Positions 43,501 to 57,793 are shown, counted from the whole stretch's first letter. The stretch: DNA of 63,203 bases, filler included, from Intoshia linei (GCA_001642005.1; 10 parts of 10 records of this genome joined end to end with filler, not necessarily neighbours in it), one strand, 5' to 3'. The notes: generated from the letters alone by a model not told the origin. Translations and numbers: made by a program.

Positions 43501-45647
43501 AACATTAAGCTTTACATCCAGTAAAATATATATTTAGACATGTCAGTTTTGTTGACTGCCCTGGTCACGATATTTTGATGGCTACAATGTTGAATGGTGC
43601 AGCAGTCATGGATGCCTCCTTGTTACTTATAGGTATTTTTTATATATCTACAATCAACTTATAATACCCCCAAAAATAATTTATAATTTGAATGTTTTAC
43701 TTTTCAAAAAAACTACAATTTTTTTAGTCATTTTATATTTTCGACGGGGTCAATTCCATTTTAATGCTAGTTAAAATTAAATATACACATTTACAATGTT
43801 AATTGCACAATCAACTTTTAAATTGATTCTATCAAAACTAAGAAAATTTATTTTATTAACTTTTTTTATATTTAATAGAGTCATAAAGTTTTTGTGGCGC
43901 TCGTGAAAAAGATTGAGTCGCACCATTTTTGTTAGTTTATTGAGATTTGAATAAAGAACTTTGATAAAATAAAACTAGAATAACCTGATAAATTTTTAAC
44001 TAAATGTTTGGTATATGCTAGTACATGCATCACAAATTTTATATACAATATCTAATCGTGTACCACTTACTTTTTATCATTGTCAAATTTATATCAATAT
44101 AATTTTACTCATTTTTCGCTGGAATCGCCCATATAATATTTTGTTACACGTAATATTGCCTTTAATTTTATTTATTTTTATAAATTAAATTTTATCCAAA
44201 TTAAATTGATTTTTTTTAAAACTAACAAAAAATTATAATTATTGATTCAAAAACATGCCTCTTTTCAAATGGCTTAAACAATTCAATTTTCATATTTATT
44301 AAATTACTTGGTGGTTTTAAAGTTTTATTTTACACGGTAATTATGTGAATTAATGATGTAATGCAATATTTGCTAAAGTGAGTGACTCGCTACCTTTGGT
44401 GTTTCTGGGTTTATTTGGGATATGAGATATTTTTTGAAATATCTTCCAACATAATTACAAATTCTAACAATTTTTTATACAAATTTGTAGTTATATTGTT
44501 GGAATCCACTGTATTAATATCTATTGGAAATATATTTTAATTGAAAATTTTTTACTCCGACATGTAATAATTTATTTTTATTCTTTGAAATGTAATTTAT
44601 TTACTACATTTAAAAAATAGTAAATGGTGTGTATATTGAAAGTTGGACACAGACAAAAAATATGGCGACTGGTATAAATAAAAAAATTTATTCCCTAATT
44701 TACTTTTTTACAATTAAGTTAATTTGAATGGACTGTTATCTTTACGTCTATTTTAAAATTATTCATGTTTTTATTAAAACTGATTTGATACTATTTAGCT
44801 GGAAATGAATCTTGTCCCCAACCTCAAACTTCCGAACATTTAGCAGCCGTAGAAATTATGAAATTGGAAAAATTACTAATTTTACAAAATAAAATTGATC
44901 TAATCACTCAAGACCAAGCTAAAGATCAGTACGATCAAATTACCAAATTTATTCAAGGTTTTTACTTTTGATTTACTGATAAATTAATTTATAGGAACCG
45001 TTGCAGAAGGATCACCTATTGTACCAATTTCTGCACAATTAAAATATAATGTAAATGCAATATGTCAATTTATAGCTAATGATATCCCTGTACCAATAAG
45101 AGACTTTACTGTACCAGCAAAATTAATAAGTAATTTTAGAAAATTTGATTAATAACAATCATAATTATGTCCGCTCTATTTGGGTTTTCACGTTTTTTTG
45201 ATAGGTTAAAAATTAATTATTAAAATTCTTGAAAAAGATTGTTATAATAAATTATTAACCTTTGAAAGTGTAATTTATTTTATATATTTGTTATTTTTAG
45301 TTATTCGATCATTCGATGTCAACAAACCTGGTTGTGAGATAGATACTCTTTTGGGAGGTGTTTGTGGAGGCAGTCTGGTTCAAGGTGTTTTACAGGTATT
45401 TGTTTTATTATTTTAGAGATAATTTTTATCATAAAGTGAAAATGTTGAAAATTATAACTGATAATAACATTCAAATTTTTATATTATGAGTAAAAATATA
45501 TCTAGGTTGGACAAGATGTCGAAATTCGTCCAGGTATCGTTGTTAAACGACGTGGTCAAACTCAATGTACACCAATTATATCAAAAATAATTTCTTTATG
45601 CGCTGAAAAAAATGATATGAAATTTGCTGTCCCAGGTGGACTCATAG
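40556..45647 (+). CDS. EIF2S3: Translation initiation factor eIF2 gamma, eight exons, 3' end missing
   Basis: [102 protein letters not shown] and AVPGGLI, with all introns GT-AG and in phase. Confidence 0.95.
41248..41816 (-). mobile_element. Tc1-family internal-deletion derivative in eIF2-gamma intron
   Basis: About 28-bp TIR (..cataagtcttaggcaccc / gggtgcctaagacttatg..), TA flanks; minus-strand remnant [19 protein letters not shown] resembles the Tc1 HTH region. Confidence 0.75.
42467..42998. mobile_element. hAT-Charlie-type MITE
   Basis: TIR cagtgtttctcaacc / ggttgagaaccactg; 8-bp TSD tggtagag/tgctagag. Confidence 0.8.
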
Positions 45648-46189
45648 GTAATTGATACATTTTATTTTCAATAAAAAATTTTGTGGTGAATAAAATTGTT
45701 GCTCCTTTTAATATTGACTGATTTAGTGAGGCTATATTTATTTTAAAACTCTAATGGGTTTATAATATATTAGTTTGGTATGTTGGGTCGTTAGATCAAT
45801 AATGTGTAAGCTATGTTGCGAGGCTCAGTTAAATCATACTCCATAACGGATTTTCTTGGCTGACGAAAGTTTTTGAGATTTGAAAAAATGACTCAATATC
45901 ACTGTTAGAGCTGTATTTTGGTTCAATTTTTCTCGTGGGTGACCAATAAATTTTAATTAGACCTAAGAAAATAATTGAAATGAAAAAGGGTGATATCTGT
46001 TTCTGAAAATAGGACAAGTTTTTAAAATAAACTTAAAAATCTTTATTGAAGAAAAATGATAAAAACTTTTTTTAATGTATATGACCGTTAGTCCTCTATG
46101 GCAGAGGAGAAACATAATATTATTATTGTAACCATATATTATTACAATATTTTTTAATTGGCCTATAATTTTAACAATATATATAATAA

Positions 46190-47032
46190 CTAGCTTGACT
46201 GTTATGTACTACGTACAAACAGCACCTAGCTTTGCAGATGGCATATTTTTATAAAAAAATAAATTCATGTTGAAAATCTAACTTAAAAATCCTACTATTA
46301 ATTATTATCAATCTTTTAAAGGAGTTGTTCTCAAATTTATTTTAGGTGGAACCATCATATCACATTACTTTATATTTTAAAGTGAATTATTCCATCTTAA
46401 TTTTTTTTGTCAACATTTGCGTAGAGAATTTTAAAAACAATTGTTATCCCATTATTTTAATTTATTAGACAGAATGTGTGTATAATATTAAAAATAAAAT
46501 AAAAACAGTCCAATTCTAAAAATTGCTATAAATAGCATAAATTCCACATAAAATAAAATTATAAAAACTTATTTTGTCATTTTCAATGTGATGACATATT
46601 CAGTACCAATTTAATAAATACTTAAAAATACTAATTATGTATTATAATTAATTGAATTTTCACTTTATAAATATTTCAGTCGAATTTTACCATTATTGCA
46701 AATCATTGTAATATAAAAATGATATTAACAAAGTTGTTTTAGTTTCGTTGTTGTAGTTTATTATTTAAATTTTTATGTTTTAATAAAAATGTTTTGAAAA
46801 TGAGAATTTGAAATTTAAAAATTGCGAAGGAATGAATTATATAGATTTTTATTCATATTTCTTTATTGGAAATGTGTAGAGGTTCAATACACACTTTTTT
46901 GAAATTGTAGGAGTAATATTTACATTTTCAATTTTTATTGTAATCGAAATATTTGATAATTATTAGTTGATAATATATTTAAAATTATTTTTCACCGGGA
47001 ATGCGTAGATTTCTGGGGTTGAAATTTTGTAT
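46190..47032 (-). mobile_element. Helitron family copy (3' portion, runs into gap)
   Basis: CTAG|T terminus on the minus strand at 46190-46193 with hairpin; matches 16047-16621. Confidence 0.7.
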
Positions 47033-47132
47033 NNNNNNNNNNNNNNNNNNNNNNNNNNNNNNNNNNNNNNNNNNNNTTAATTAATTAANNNNNNNNNNNN
47101 NNNNNNNNNNNNNNNNNNNNNNNNNNNNNNNN

Positions 47133-47700
47133 GAGGTACTATCGATAGCTAAAGCCAAATAAGGATAATTTCCTTCCATGGCTATTGGGCGCTTTCTATG
47201 ATTCCACCATTTTTGCGACAAATGTTGATAAAATGGAGAAAGCATTCGATCTATACTTTTTTGAATTAGATTTGTCGTAAATCCAAATATTTTGGCGATC
47301 AATTTAAATTGATGGCCGTGTTTTAGCCAATACAAAAAAATTATTACTGAGTCTAGAGTGCAGATTTTAGGCGACCTTCCTCTTTTCCCGGTTTGATTAA
47401 TAACCCCTAAAATATTTATTAAATTTTTTATTTGCTAATATTTTAAAATATATATACCTTCTATTCCATGGTGTAAAATTATTATTTCATCTCTAGTAAA
47501 GTTGAGATGTTGTAAGAATGAGTTGTCAGAGTCAAAAAATATATAACACATACTAGTAAAATGTTGTAAAACTCTAAAATTCGTTCATAACCATTAGAAA
47601 CGGATGTTAATAGATATTGTTGCTATATTAAATACATTTCACCTTTATTGAATAAATATCATCTCTTATGCAATATTTCTTAGATATTTCTATAAAATCA
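47133..47700 (-). mobile_element. PIF/Harbinger(ISL2EU)-like transposase fragment with intron(s)
   Basis: FLQHLNFTRDEI..GIE, then a GT-AG intron, then GVINQTGKRGRSPKI..FLYWLKHG..LIAKIFG..LALAIDST (HTH plus first catalytic D region); truncated by gap. Confidence 0.6.
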
Positions 47701-47861
47701 ATCGGTAGTCATATAGTAGTTAATTTCAATACTACTAAATATAATTCGATAATGATCATATAATTTCAATGATATTTATAATAACTATATCTTAATATTA
47801 TCATGTTTTATCCAATATATTGGTATATGCATATGCATAGTATTGTATACTGATATACTAC

Positions 47862-49861
47862 CTCAGTAATCATGGGTATTCCCAATAAATATAGTACGGT
47901 GCACACAAATGCAGTTACAACCATACTACGCTTGCCTTCCATGTTTATCAAGTTAGAATCTTTCAATGCTGTAATTAAACCTTCTACTCCAACAAACTAC
48001 CAAAAATAATAATAACGGCAATAGTATATTAAAACATTAAAATTATATTATATAACGTGAACCCTTTGGGAAGAACTGCGTTATGATGTTATTAATTCTT
48101 CATACATGAATAATTTTTAAGTGATAGTATATTTTATTTTTTAAATGTATCGGAATTTAAAAACGAATATGTGCTTTATTTCCATTTTTAACATTGAGTT
48201 AAAAATAAACATATATCAATGATGTATATTTGTCTTTTTATACATACATATCACAAATTGTAGTAATTTTTTCTATTAAAAAGTGTTAAAATTAGGAGGT
48301 CTGCTTTATTCCAACGAATATATTTGAGTTTTATCCAAGTTTTTTATCTAATAGGAGTACTTTATGTCAGGGTTTCCAAAAAAATATATTGTTGAATTCT
48401 TCCTTTTAGGGTTTGTAACACTGGAAGTCTCTCTAAAGTTTTGGTAAAACTCGATGTTTCCCTTAAGGTTTGGTAAAACAGGAATTTTTCTTAAAGGGTT
48501 AGTAAATTTGGATGTTTATTAAAAATCGTTGAATTTAAAAATATATAGATGTTCACTACTCATATAGTTATGATTGCAATCAACAGAGTCATATTTGTAT
48601 CTATGATATGTTGAAATTTGATTCTGTTGATTACAAACATGACTATATGGATATAGAAAATCTATAAACAGAATACATTTTGCAACATTACCTATTAATA
48701 AATAAAAATAGTAGGCCTCATGATTATAGACTTGTATTATAAGCTTTACCCTTTTCCACGGTCCTGTGTCTTAGTAACAACCCTTTTTAAAAAGAATGTG
48801 TTGTTTTTTTAAATTTTAATATGCAAAGATAAAATAAAAAATCCGTAAGCATATTAGTGTTCTATCTATGCCATTTGAGAATAACAGAAAAAAATACTAT
48901 ATTTGTTATTTATTCGAATATTTTGAATATTAGACAGTAGTTTCCACTTTAGCAGCAAAAAATATATTAATATAACCTGGCTGTCCAGTCCCAGAAAAAA
49001 CATCATTATAAAAAATATAATGGTCCACAAATTTGGGTATGGAAGCATTAATATTGCACGTGGATATATAATAAAAGTGAGACCAGGTCCTAAAATAGAT
49101 GATAAATAAACTACTCACAAAATTAAAACCTGATGCCACGACTTCAGAAATATCCACATTTAAATCACTGGCCATTGCACCGAGTACGCTAAAAATTACT
49201 AAACCGGCCAAAAAGCTTGTAAATGAATTTATGAATGAAAAGATTATCGAATCTCTTTGAGAGTAAAGAAAATACATTATATTTATTAAACATACCATAC
49301 CTAAGAACATTATGATTATTAGAATTGTAACTACCGATTGCTGGCAGAGTTCCAAGACTAATAGAATAAGAAAAGAAAATTTGGGTTCCAGCATCAACCC
49401 AGACCTAAATTAAATATATAATAAAAATCACAACAAAATTATCAATCATTTATTTTTCTTTTTAAATCAACAATCTTTAACAGAGGGAATGGAACAAAGT
49501 CATAAATGAAAATGCAAACTTTTTAGTAACTACGTTTTATACAGAATAACTACACTGTACTGTGTTTAATGTTGATGCGAATTAATTTGTAAAATGTAAG
49601 TAGTTCAGTGATCAACTGCTCAACCATAAATCGATTCATATTAAAAAAATTCACCATAAAAAATCTTATCAAATTCGCTAATGAAGATGTGAAAATTAAT
49701 TAAATACATTAAATGAATGATATTACCTCAGTATTAAACAGTTTATTCCAATTTGGAGATAAATAATAGTATAAACCTTCCGTGGATCCTTTCATAGTTA
49801 AACCTCTTATGAGTAATATAATCAATAGAATATAAGGTGCTGTAGCAGTAACATACATGAC
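47862..49861 (-). CDS. SLC6 Na/Cl-dependent transporter, GABA/taurine subfamily, internal exons
   Basis: [87 protein letters not shown] and [16 protein letters not shown]; both ends are missing. Confidence 0.9.
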
Positions 49862-50253
49862 CTGTTATGATTATTTATATTTTGTATATTATTATATAAT
49901 CTACATTATTGGAAAAATTATTAGAAAGAATTTATAAATTTTATTAAATCGTTCAGCATAGTATATTTAGGACTTTAAATATATATTGAAATGAAATTAT
50001 TAGTGAATATCAGTTAAAAGTATAAAATTAATATTAAACACATTCTCTAGTCGCACATATGAATACCTGCGCATTAACGTGTCTCCATCGTATTAGTGTT
50101 ATATTTCTTAAAGCGCAATTTTTTCTTTGTTATATTTTATAAGACTTATAAGTACTTAAATGACCTAGATTAACAATTAACAAGTGAATTCTTAATTATA
50201 AATCATTTACCACGGTATACGAATATTTTATTATCAAAAAAATAATATTTACA

Positions 50254-50688
50254 ATGGGTCAAAAATCAGATATATTATCGGAAACAAAATCTAAAGTAAT
50301 TGCTATGCTTAAGCACTCATCGAAATCTCAAATGGAAATTGCAAAAATTTGTAATATGTCGGAATCAGCAGTATCAAAAATTAAAAAAAAAATTTTCAAA
50401 ATTAAAGTTTTGAATCAAACAGAACAAATGTATGCAGGCGTAAAAGGGTATCAACGGAAAGAATAGATCAAAATATAGTTCGAATGTCACTAAAAAATCT
50501 CATAGATCTATGACTATTAGTGATATAGCCTGCAATTTGCGCAGTGAATGCAAAAAATTATCTAGAAAAACAGTTAACTATAGATTAATTGAGGCAGGTT
50601 TAAGATCTTATGTTAGACGTAGGAAACCCTTATTAACGAAAAAGATGCAATTGACTCGATTACAATGGGCCAATCAGCATAAAAATTG
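50254..50688 (+). mobile_element. Tc1-like transposase N-terminus (frameshifted, cut by gap)
   Basis: SQMEIAKICNMSESAVSKI HTH; SRKTVNYRLIEAGL..RRKPLLT..RLQWANQH. Confidence 0.85.
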
Positions 50689-50838
50689 NNNNNNNNNNNN
50701 NNNNNNNNNNNNNNNNNNNNNNNNNNNNNNNNTTAATTAATTAANNNNNNNNNNNNNNNNNNNNNNNNNNNNNNNNNNNNNNNNNNNNATCAGTTAAAAG
50801 TATAAAATTAATATTAAACACATTCTCTAGTCGCACAT

Positions 50839-52257
50839 ATGATTATTATTGTAATATATGGGTGGATCAATATGCTAGAAATTATAAGTGCTATGATATC
50901 TGACGCAATGATTCTAGAAAAAGCTCGAAATATTGCAAATGAAAATCTATCTTTATCAAATTTTAAATGCTCTTCTGGTTGGCTCATTAAATTTAAAAAT
51001 AGAAACAATTTTAAATTAAAAAAATAACATGGTAAAGTGTATAAAAATGAAGAAGACTATTCCATTTTTTTCAGTGTATTAAATGAAAAAATGAAACTGT
51101 ACGAACAAGAATACATATATAATAATCTAGACGAAACTGAATTATTTTACAAGATGATACCATCTAAGACTATTTGCAATAAAATAAGAGCTGGCCATAA
51201 AAATTTTAAAGATAGGGTCTCAATAATGTTTTGCTCAAATTTTGATGGTTCTCATAAACTCAAACCGATTCTTATAGTTAGATCATTTAAACCTAGATGT
51301 TTAAAATGATTTAACTATCAAAATTATATACAATATTTTACATTCAAAAGAGCATGGATGGCTAGTGATATATTTAATCGTTTTCTTAACAAATTTAATA
51401 CCGACTGCGTAAAAAATTGTACAAAAATTTTACTCTTAATGGACAACTGCCCAGCTCACAAAATAACAAGAACCTTTTCAAACATTGAAATAATGTTTTT
51501 CCCTCCCAATTCCACTCGAATATTGCAACCAATGGATAGAGAAATAATCCATTCATTTAAATCAAAATTCAATAATTACAAATTATCATTTATTTTGAAT
51601 AAGTTTGAAAAAGGTGAATCTGTATATAATGCTTATAAAAAATTAACATTAAGAGATACATTTATATTTGCGGATCTATTCTGGAATAAAGTAACGCAAT
51701 CAACAATTTTGAATTGTTTTAAACATTTACATAATAATCAGAATGGACATGTAAATTATGAAAAAATACCTGATTACAAATGTTATATAAAGTCGCTAAA
51801 TATTCATGACCCCATCACGGAAGAAGAATTTATAAACATTGAATATACTGAAAACGATAAAATAATGAGTGAATTTTCTATGTTAAACATAGACTCTGGT
51901 TTAGACGAANCCTGAAATAAAGTAACGCAATCAACAATTTTGAATTGTTTTAAACATTTACATAATAATCAGAATGGGCATGTAAATTATGAAAAAATAC
52001 CTGATTACATATGTTATATAAAGTCGCTAAATATTCATGACCCCATATCGGAAGAAAAATTTATAAACATTGAATATACTGAAAACGATGAAATAATGAG
52101 TGAATGTTCTATGTTAAACATAGACTCTGGTTTAGACGAACAATTTCAAAATGATAAGATTATCGATACATCGGTTATTAAAACAACTCGAGAGGAATGC
52201 ATACATTCATTCCAAATTGTAGAAAAATTTTTATATAAAAAAAAGATTGATGTATGA
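50839..52257 (+). mobile_element. pogo/Tigger (CENP-B HTH plus DDE_1) transposase pseudogene
   Basis: FKCSSGWLIKFKNR, NLDETELFY, KDRVSIMFCSN, AWM, LLLMDNCPAH and FFPPNST..LQPMD, with in-frame stops. Confidence 0.88.
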
Positions 52258-52259
52258 AC

Positions 52260-53191
52260 TGTATGCCTGTATGAACCTGTATGAACGAGATTAATGACAT
52301 CCTCAATTTTATTATTAACTAACAAAAGTTGATTTTTACCCCTTTTGTACAAATAACCCTTAGTAATTTTTACTTTGTTCCTTATACTAAAGTACCGATT
52401 TGATCGCCACATTTAAGAATTCCCGGTTCTCGCATATTTCCACAGTTTTTTACAATCTTAATCTTCGATTTGAGCCCTCTCAAACTGCATTGAATTCGTT
52501 GGATCCCAAATAGCAAATAATCTCGATAATGCATTTACATCAAAATTATCCAAGCCCTTTCGATAGATAATCTCAAAATCGTAAAGATCCAGTTATTGCA
52601 GCCATCTCAACCTCCCTCCCTTGACTATTCTTTGAATTATGAATATCAACAAGAGGTTTATGGTCTGTTATAGCAGTAAATTTTTTACTATAAAAATACC
52701 TGTGAAACGATGTAATTTCCCAATAAACAACTAACAATTCTATTTTTAACAATCATTGTCATACGTCCCATAATTACGCTGACAGGTATCCAACACCTTA
52801 CTGGCACAACGTAATGGTTTACCATTTTGTGATAATATAATCCCCATACCGTAATCGAAAGCATCTGTCTCCAGTCTAAATCTTTCATCCGAAATTGGGT
52901 GGCAAACCAACATATACCCCGACAATAATTCCTTTAGAAGATTTAATGATTCTTCACACGCCGCTGACCAGTCAAATTTGAACCCCTTACGAGTTAACCT
53001 AATTATCGGTTCTGATATTGAAGCATAATTAGGCAAAAATTTTCGATAATAATTAAACATCCCCATTATACTGTGTATCCCTTTTACGTCTTTAGGTGCC
53101 TTAATATTTCTAATAAATCCATATGTAACCCCTTTTCATCTACTACGTGCCTTAAAAAATTGATTTGCTGACACCCAATATCACATTTTTT
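52260..53191 (-). mobile_element. Ty3/Gypsy pol remnant (RT thumb / RNase H)
   Basis: GMFNYYRKFLPNYA..FDWS..LETDAFDYGMG.IL.Q..CASKVL..QRNY; ITDHKPL. Confidence 0.85.
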
Positions 53192-53844
53192 NNNNNNNNN
53201 NNNNNNNNNNNNNNNNNNNNNNNNNNNNNNNNNNNTTAATTAATTAANNNNNNNNNNNNNNNNNNNNNNNNNNNNNNNNNNNNNNNNNNNNAATTACGCC
53301 ATTGAAGCTACCATGTCAAAATTAATGTTAAATTTTCGATTTAAGAAGGAATATATAATAAAAAAATTTAGGATTGCAAATTTGCATTCAAAATAAAAAA
53401 CTTGCCGAACATTGAGTTGAACGACATAATCATAGATTTTGCTAATTAATCATATTGATTTTTTTCATCCAATTTTTATACGTTTTGAAGATAATTTTGA
53501 GATCAAAATTTAGTAGGGTTTTTAAGGGAAGCTTTTTTTCACACAATTTTAATAGATTTTGAAGATAATTTTGACAGTAATGATCCAATTCAAATTTAAT
53601 TTATATCTACTCTTAATTGTAAAAACTAAATTTAATTAAGTAATTTTTAGAAAAATATTAGATATAAAAAATTGTTAAATGATGTGTAAAAATCAGCAAC
53701 ACAACATACAATTTAAATGTTGTTTTCATTATTTTTTTTAAAAATATTCAAAATTTTTAGTAAAAAGTCGAAGAGTTAAGTAATTCTAATAATTTAGAAA
53801 AAATAAGATAACCAATTATATAGATCAAATAATTTTCATTACAT

Positions 53845-55222
53845 TTGTTTCTATCAGATATACACTAAGATTTTATTGTCTTGTTTCAATATTCCTGCCT
53901 TTCTCAAATTTTCAATTCTATTTATGTATTTTTTAATACTAATAAAAGTCTTTTTTTCGATGTACATCATCAACGAATCATTATCAACTTTCTTAATCTG
54001 ATTAAATATATCATTGTTCAATTAATTTAATAGATAACAGAATTTTATCATTACCCTCAATTTTTGAGGCACTTTTCAAAAAAGTTATATACAGTATATA
54101 TTGTAGTACTAAGAATAAATACAAAATGATCCATTTCCAACTTTGGTACTTAGTGCCCATTTGACCATTAATTATTTCAAAATATCTCTAATTACCTATT
54201 ATGCTGGACAGCAATGACTTTTCTTAGATTTTTTAAATCAACATCGCTTTTTAGATACATTTGTTCCAAGCAATTTACAGAATTTATAAATAATTCCTTA
54301 TTGGCAGCTAATATTGAAATGAAGGCTAAAATTTCCATAAATCCATATAATTGTAGAAGAAATGTTATTAAATTTACATGTTAATTATATAATAATTATA
54401 TGTATTAATGTTACCTATTATTGAATAAATGGTTTTTTTAGATAAAATTGATTCATAAAGGGTTAAACTATTTGCAGTAATTAGGGCTTCGGTGACATTG
54501 CCTACAAATCAAATGCAAATAAAATTCAATAAAATTTACCGTTATACAATTGTCTCAAACTAAGTGCAAAAAAATGAAAGGCTTCAACATAAAACCAGGG
54601 TACTTGAGGTAATAATCCATATTGTTGATTATTATCATTTGAATTCTATTTTACAAGATTATAATAAATTTAGTATCAATAATATAATATTATAAATTAT
54701 TACGTCTTTGTTGTAAATTGCATAAATATAGTACATTTTCTTCATTACATTACAATGTGAAATCAAATTAATAATATTTTTATTTTTCGTTAGCTAAATT
54801 AATGAATTAAATTGATAATAAATACAAAAAAAACAAAAAAGCTCTAAGATGATAATTTTTTTAGGCCAAATGTAAGTGTTTAAAAAAGTGACAATACGAA
54901 AGAATATTTTTATTCTAATTATTAAAATTAAACGAATGTTTCTATATACTCCTGGAATGTGTATTGGGTGGTATCTTGTCGGCTTGTTAATATTAATACC
55001 ATTATTATTATTAAATATTTTTAAATTAAATTATTTTGATACAAATTTAAAATGTAAAATAGTTTAATATACCTTTATGAACATCTCTGAAGCTTTATCT
55101 TTAAAATTATTAAAAAATAATATTTTTATTATTTGAACATCACTGTGAGATTCTTTCAGTTTATGGATGAATTCATTTATTTTATTTTGTTTTTCTTTTG
55201 CAGTCAAACAATTTAATTCGTT
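53845..55222 (-). CDS. 3' exons of an uncharacterised gene
   Basis: Chain of phase-compatible GT-AG exons (..LLPQVPWFYVEAFHFFALSLRQLYN-GNVTEALI..IYSII-AFISILAANKELF..); no family recognised. Confidence 0.5.
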
Positions 55223-55322
55223 NNNNNNNNNNNNNNNNNNNNNNNNNNNNNNNNNNNNNNNNNNNNTTAATTAATTAANNNNNNNNNNNNNNNNNNNNNN
55301 NNNNNNNNNNNNNNNNNNNNNN

Positions 55323-55893
55323 AAATATATGAATACTAAAATGCTATTTTGACCGTGAAGTCGTCACTTATTCGGAATGAAATTTTTTATGTGTGTTAAA
55401 TGGATACAACTGTACCACCTGTAAATTTTTTGAAATTCTAGGGTTGTTTTCAAAAAAAAAGAAGGGTAATTTGTGGTTTTGGCCCTGAAGATATAATTTT
55501 TTTAAATTTAAATTCATGATAATGTTTATGATTTTAAAATCCGTATCAGCGTATATATTTTTTTAAATTCTCGAACTCGTTTGATTTTCAAAAAAAAGAC
55601 AATTGGGATATATATTTTTTTAAATTCTCCAACTCGTTTGATTTTCAAAAAGAGGGACAATTTTTAAATTCTCCAACTCATTTGATTTTCAAAAAGAGGG
55701 ACGACAGGGGTTTTTGACCCGTAAAATGTGAAATTGAGAGGTTGAAATTTATCTTTCTATACGTCCCGAAAAAAACTGTGATTAAAATGGTGTCTTTAAA
55801 TTCTAAGAGTGGTAGTTATTTCAATAAAGTGGAATACACAGACAGACAGACACACACAAACAAAAATCGCGTAGCATATTATATAAGTTAAGA
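55323..55893 (-). mobile_element. Helitron family copy (5' portion)
   Basis: Reverse complement of 36595-37010 with A|TC start and microsatellite; has internal short tandem duplications at about 55545-55700. Confidence 0.7.
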
Positions 55894-55913
55894 TATGTAT
55901 AATAAATTTTTAG

Positions 55914-56075
55914 ATTAATTCTCAAATTTTTATAAATGAACTGAATCGATACACAAACATATACATGAAAATACAATTAATTGAAACTGCTAGTATGAAC
56001 TTGTCAGATTCATCTCCTCCCTTACCCACTAAGCCGATCAAACTTCCTAAATTGAGTAAAACGTCTATAATTTAA
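55914..56075 (+). CDS. Probable terminal exon of an unknown gene
   Basis: ttttag acceptor followed by 53 open codons ending SSPPLPTKPIKLPKLSKTSII*. Confidence 0.35.
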   Translation: MNSQIFINELNRYTNIYMKIQLIETASMNLSDSSPPLPTKPIKLPKLSKTSII

Positions 56076-56187
56076 ACATATTATATTTTTTAATAAACAC
56101 ACTTCAATAATTGTAATTATTTAATTAACGGCTAATTCCTTGTTAACAGAGTAATTGGTTGTTTGTAAATAATTTATAAATTAAAAT

Positions 56188-56811
56188 AGTGGTCCCCAAT
56201 TAGGGATCAAAATTATATGCCTGGGTCCGCGAGATTCAAATAAAATATAGAAAACATTTTATCAGCTTTGTTTATTTTATAAAAGAATTTTTAATATTTA
56301 CAGAGTTTCTAGATGTTGGCAATTTATCCCAAAGCCTATACGACCGCTACATTATTATTTCAAAAATCTCACTTTCATCTTACCATTAATAAACTTTAAT
56401 AAAAAATAAGATTTTATTGATTTTTACGGATATTTTTTTGAAAAATTCGATTTTACCAAATCTTATGAGAAGAATCTCTGATTCCAACTTAAAATAAAAT
56501 TCCCATATTACCAAAGATTAGGGAAATATCCTCTTTTTCCAATATTATTTTGAAATATTCGATTTTATTAAATCTTATGAGCAACAACTTCCTAATCCAA
56601 AACCCAAAATAAAAAATGAAATGTTACCAACCCTAAGTAAAAACTCCTTATTTTACAATATTTTTATTAAAAAACACGATTTTACTAAATCCTATGATGA
56701 AAAACTTTTAACGTTTTCATTAATGTTTTATTATTCATGTTTCCCTAAGGGTACAAAAAAATAAATATTTTGAAATGAGGGTCCGTACACTATTTGAACT
56801 GGAAAGCACTG
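56188..56811. mobile_element. hAT-type element with internal tandem array (family of 13700-14587)
   Basis: Ends tagtggtcccca / tggaaagcactg; 8-bp TSD aattaaaa/cattaaaa. Confidence 0.65.
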
Positions 56812-57793
56812 CATTAAAACAATGAAAAAATGAAAATATTTTGATTTTCATTCCACTTAACCTATATTTGCAGGTCATTTCATTTCATATAATTATTAAT
56901 CAACAAGAAAATAAAATGTTTTACGCATCTAAAGTTGGAATTTGAACCGAAAAAGCTTTAGTATAATAATGATAATAGTCATTTTAAGTTAAAATTTAAC
57001 GGACTTTTTGTACTTTAAAAAATTTCAGTCCGGTAACAGGAATTTTTTTCCGTTAACGAGGAATTCCGTTAAATAGGAATTAGCCTGTATTACATAAAAT
57101 ACAATAATAATTCTTATGTGCATTGTAAAATATATTTATTCCATTTTGATCCCAAAAATCGTCGCGTCATTTCATTTAAAGTTTTCATTTTATTATTTCT
57201 TAGTTTATTGATACATGTTTGTTTTAGAATGGTATTGATAGCACAATACAACACCAAAAATATGCAAGGATGATAATCACATTGTTCGCCTGAATGATTA
57301 GTCAACGAGATAACAAGATTATCTTTCTATCACGTCCAGATTTTTTTTAAATTAAGTTTAAAGTTGTAAAAAACCTATAATATGGGGTTTTCAAATCCAT
57401 TCGACAACACAATTAAAAATGTGATTAAATTTTTGTAATTTTAATTTTCGAGTGACCTCGAGCTTGGTAGGTTCGGATCTGCTCCAAAGAATACTTTAAT
57501 ACTGATTACTCAGAATATAATAAGATATTTAATTTAATTATGATAGAAATTGACCATATTATTCATGGTTGAAGTAACAGTTTCAATATCGTTGCTCTAA
57601 TAAAAAAAGTGTCATAGTCTCATAAGCTATTAAAATGATTTAATGATTTGATAGTTACACCATGTAATTATCAATTAACTGTATAACTTACACCACTGTA
57701 CGGGTATCATTGTTAAATACTATTTACAAAAAGAACAATTTAATTAACTATGTTAATTTAAACAGAACTATATTGTTTTATTAATCTGTAAAA

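Noticed and set aside
50009-50842. 54-bp sequence repeated before the Tc1 fragment and right after the gap
   Set aside because: Too long for a Tc1 TSD and adjacent to a linker; most likely insertion and empty haplotypes scaffolded in series.
51681-52140. About 230-bp tandem duplication in the Tigger transposase
   Set aside because: The two copies are separated by a single N (51910), typical of unmerged overlapping contig ends from two alleles or copies.
54328-54414. Possible non-canonical (GT-AC) intron
   Set aside because: Recounting the A-run gives a phase-1 donor that fits the canonical ttttag acceptor.
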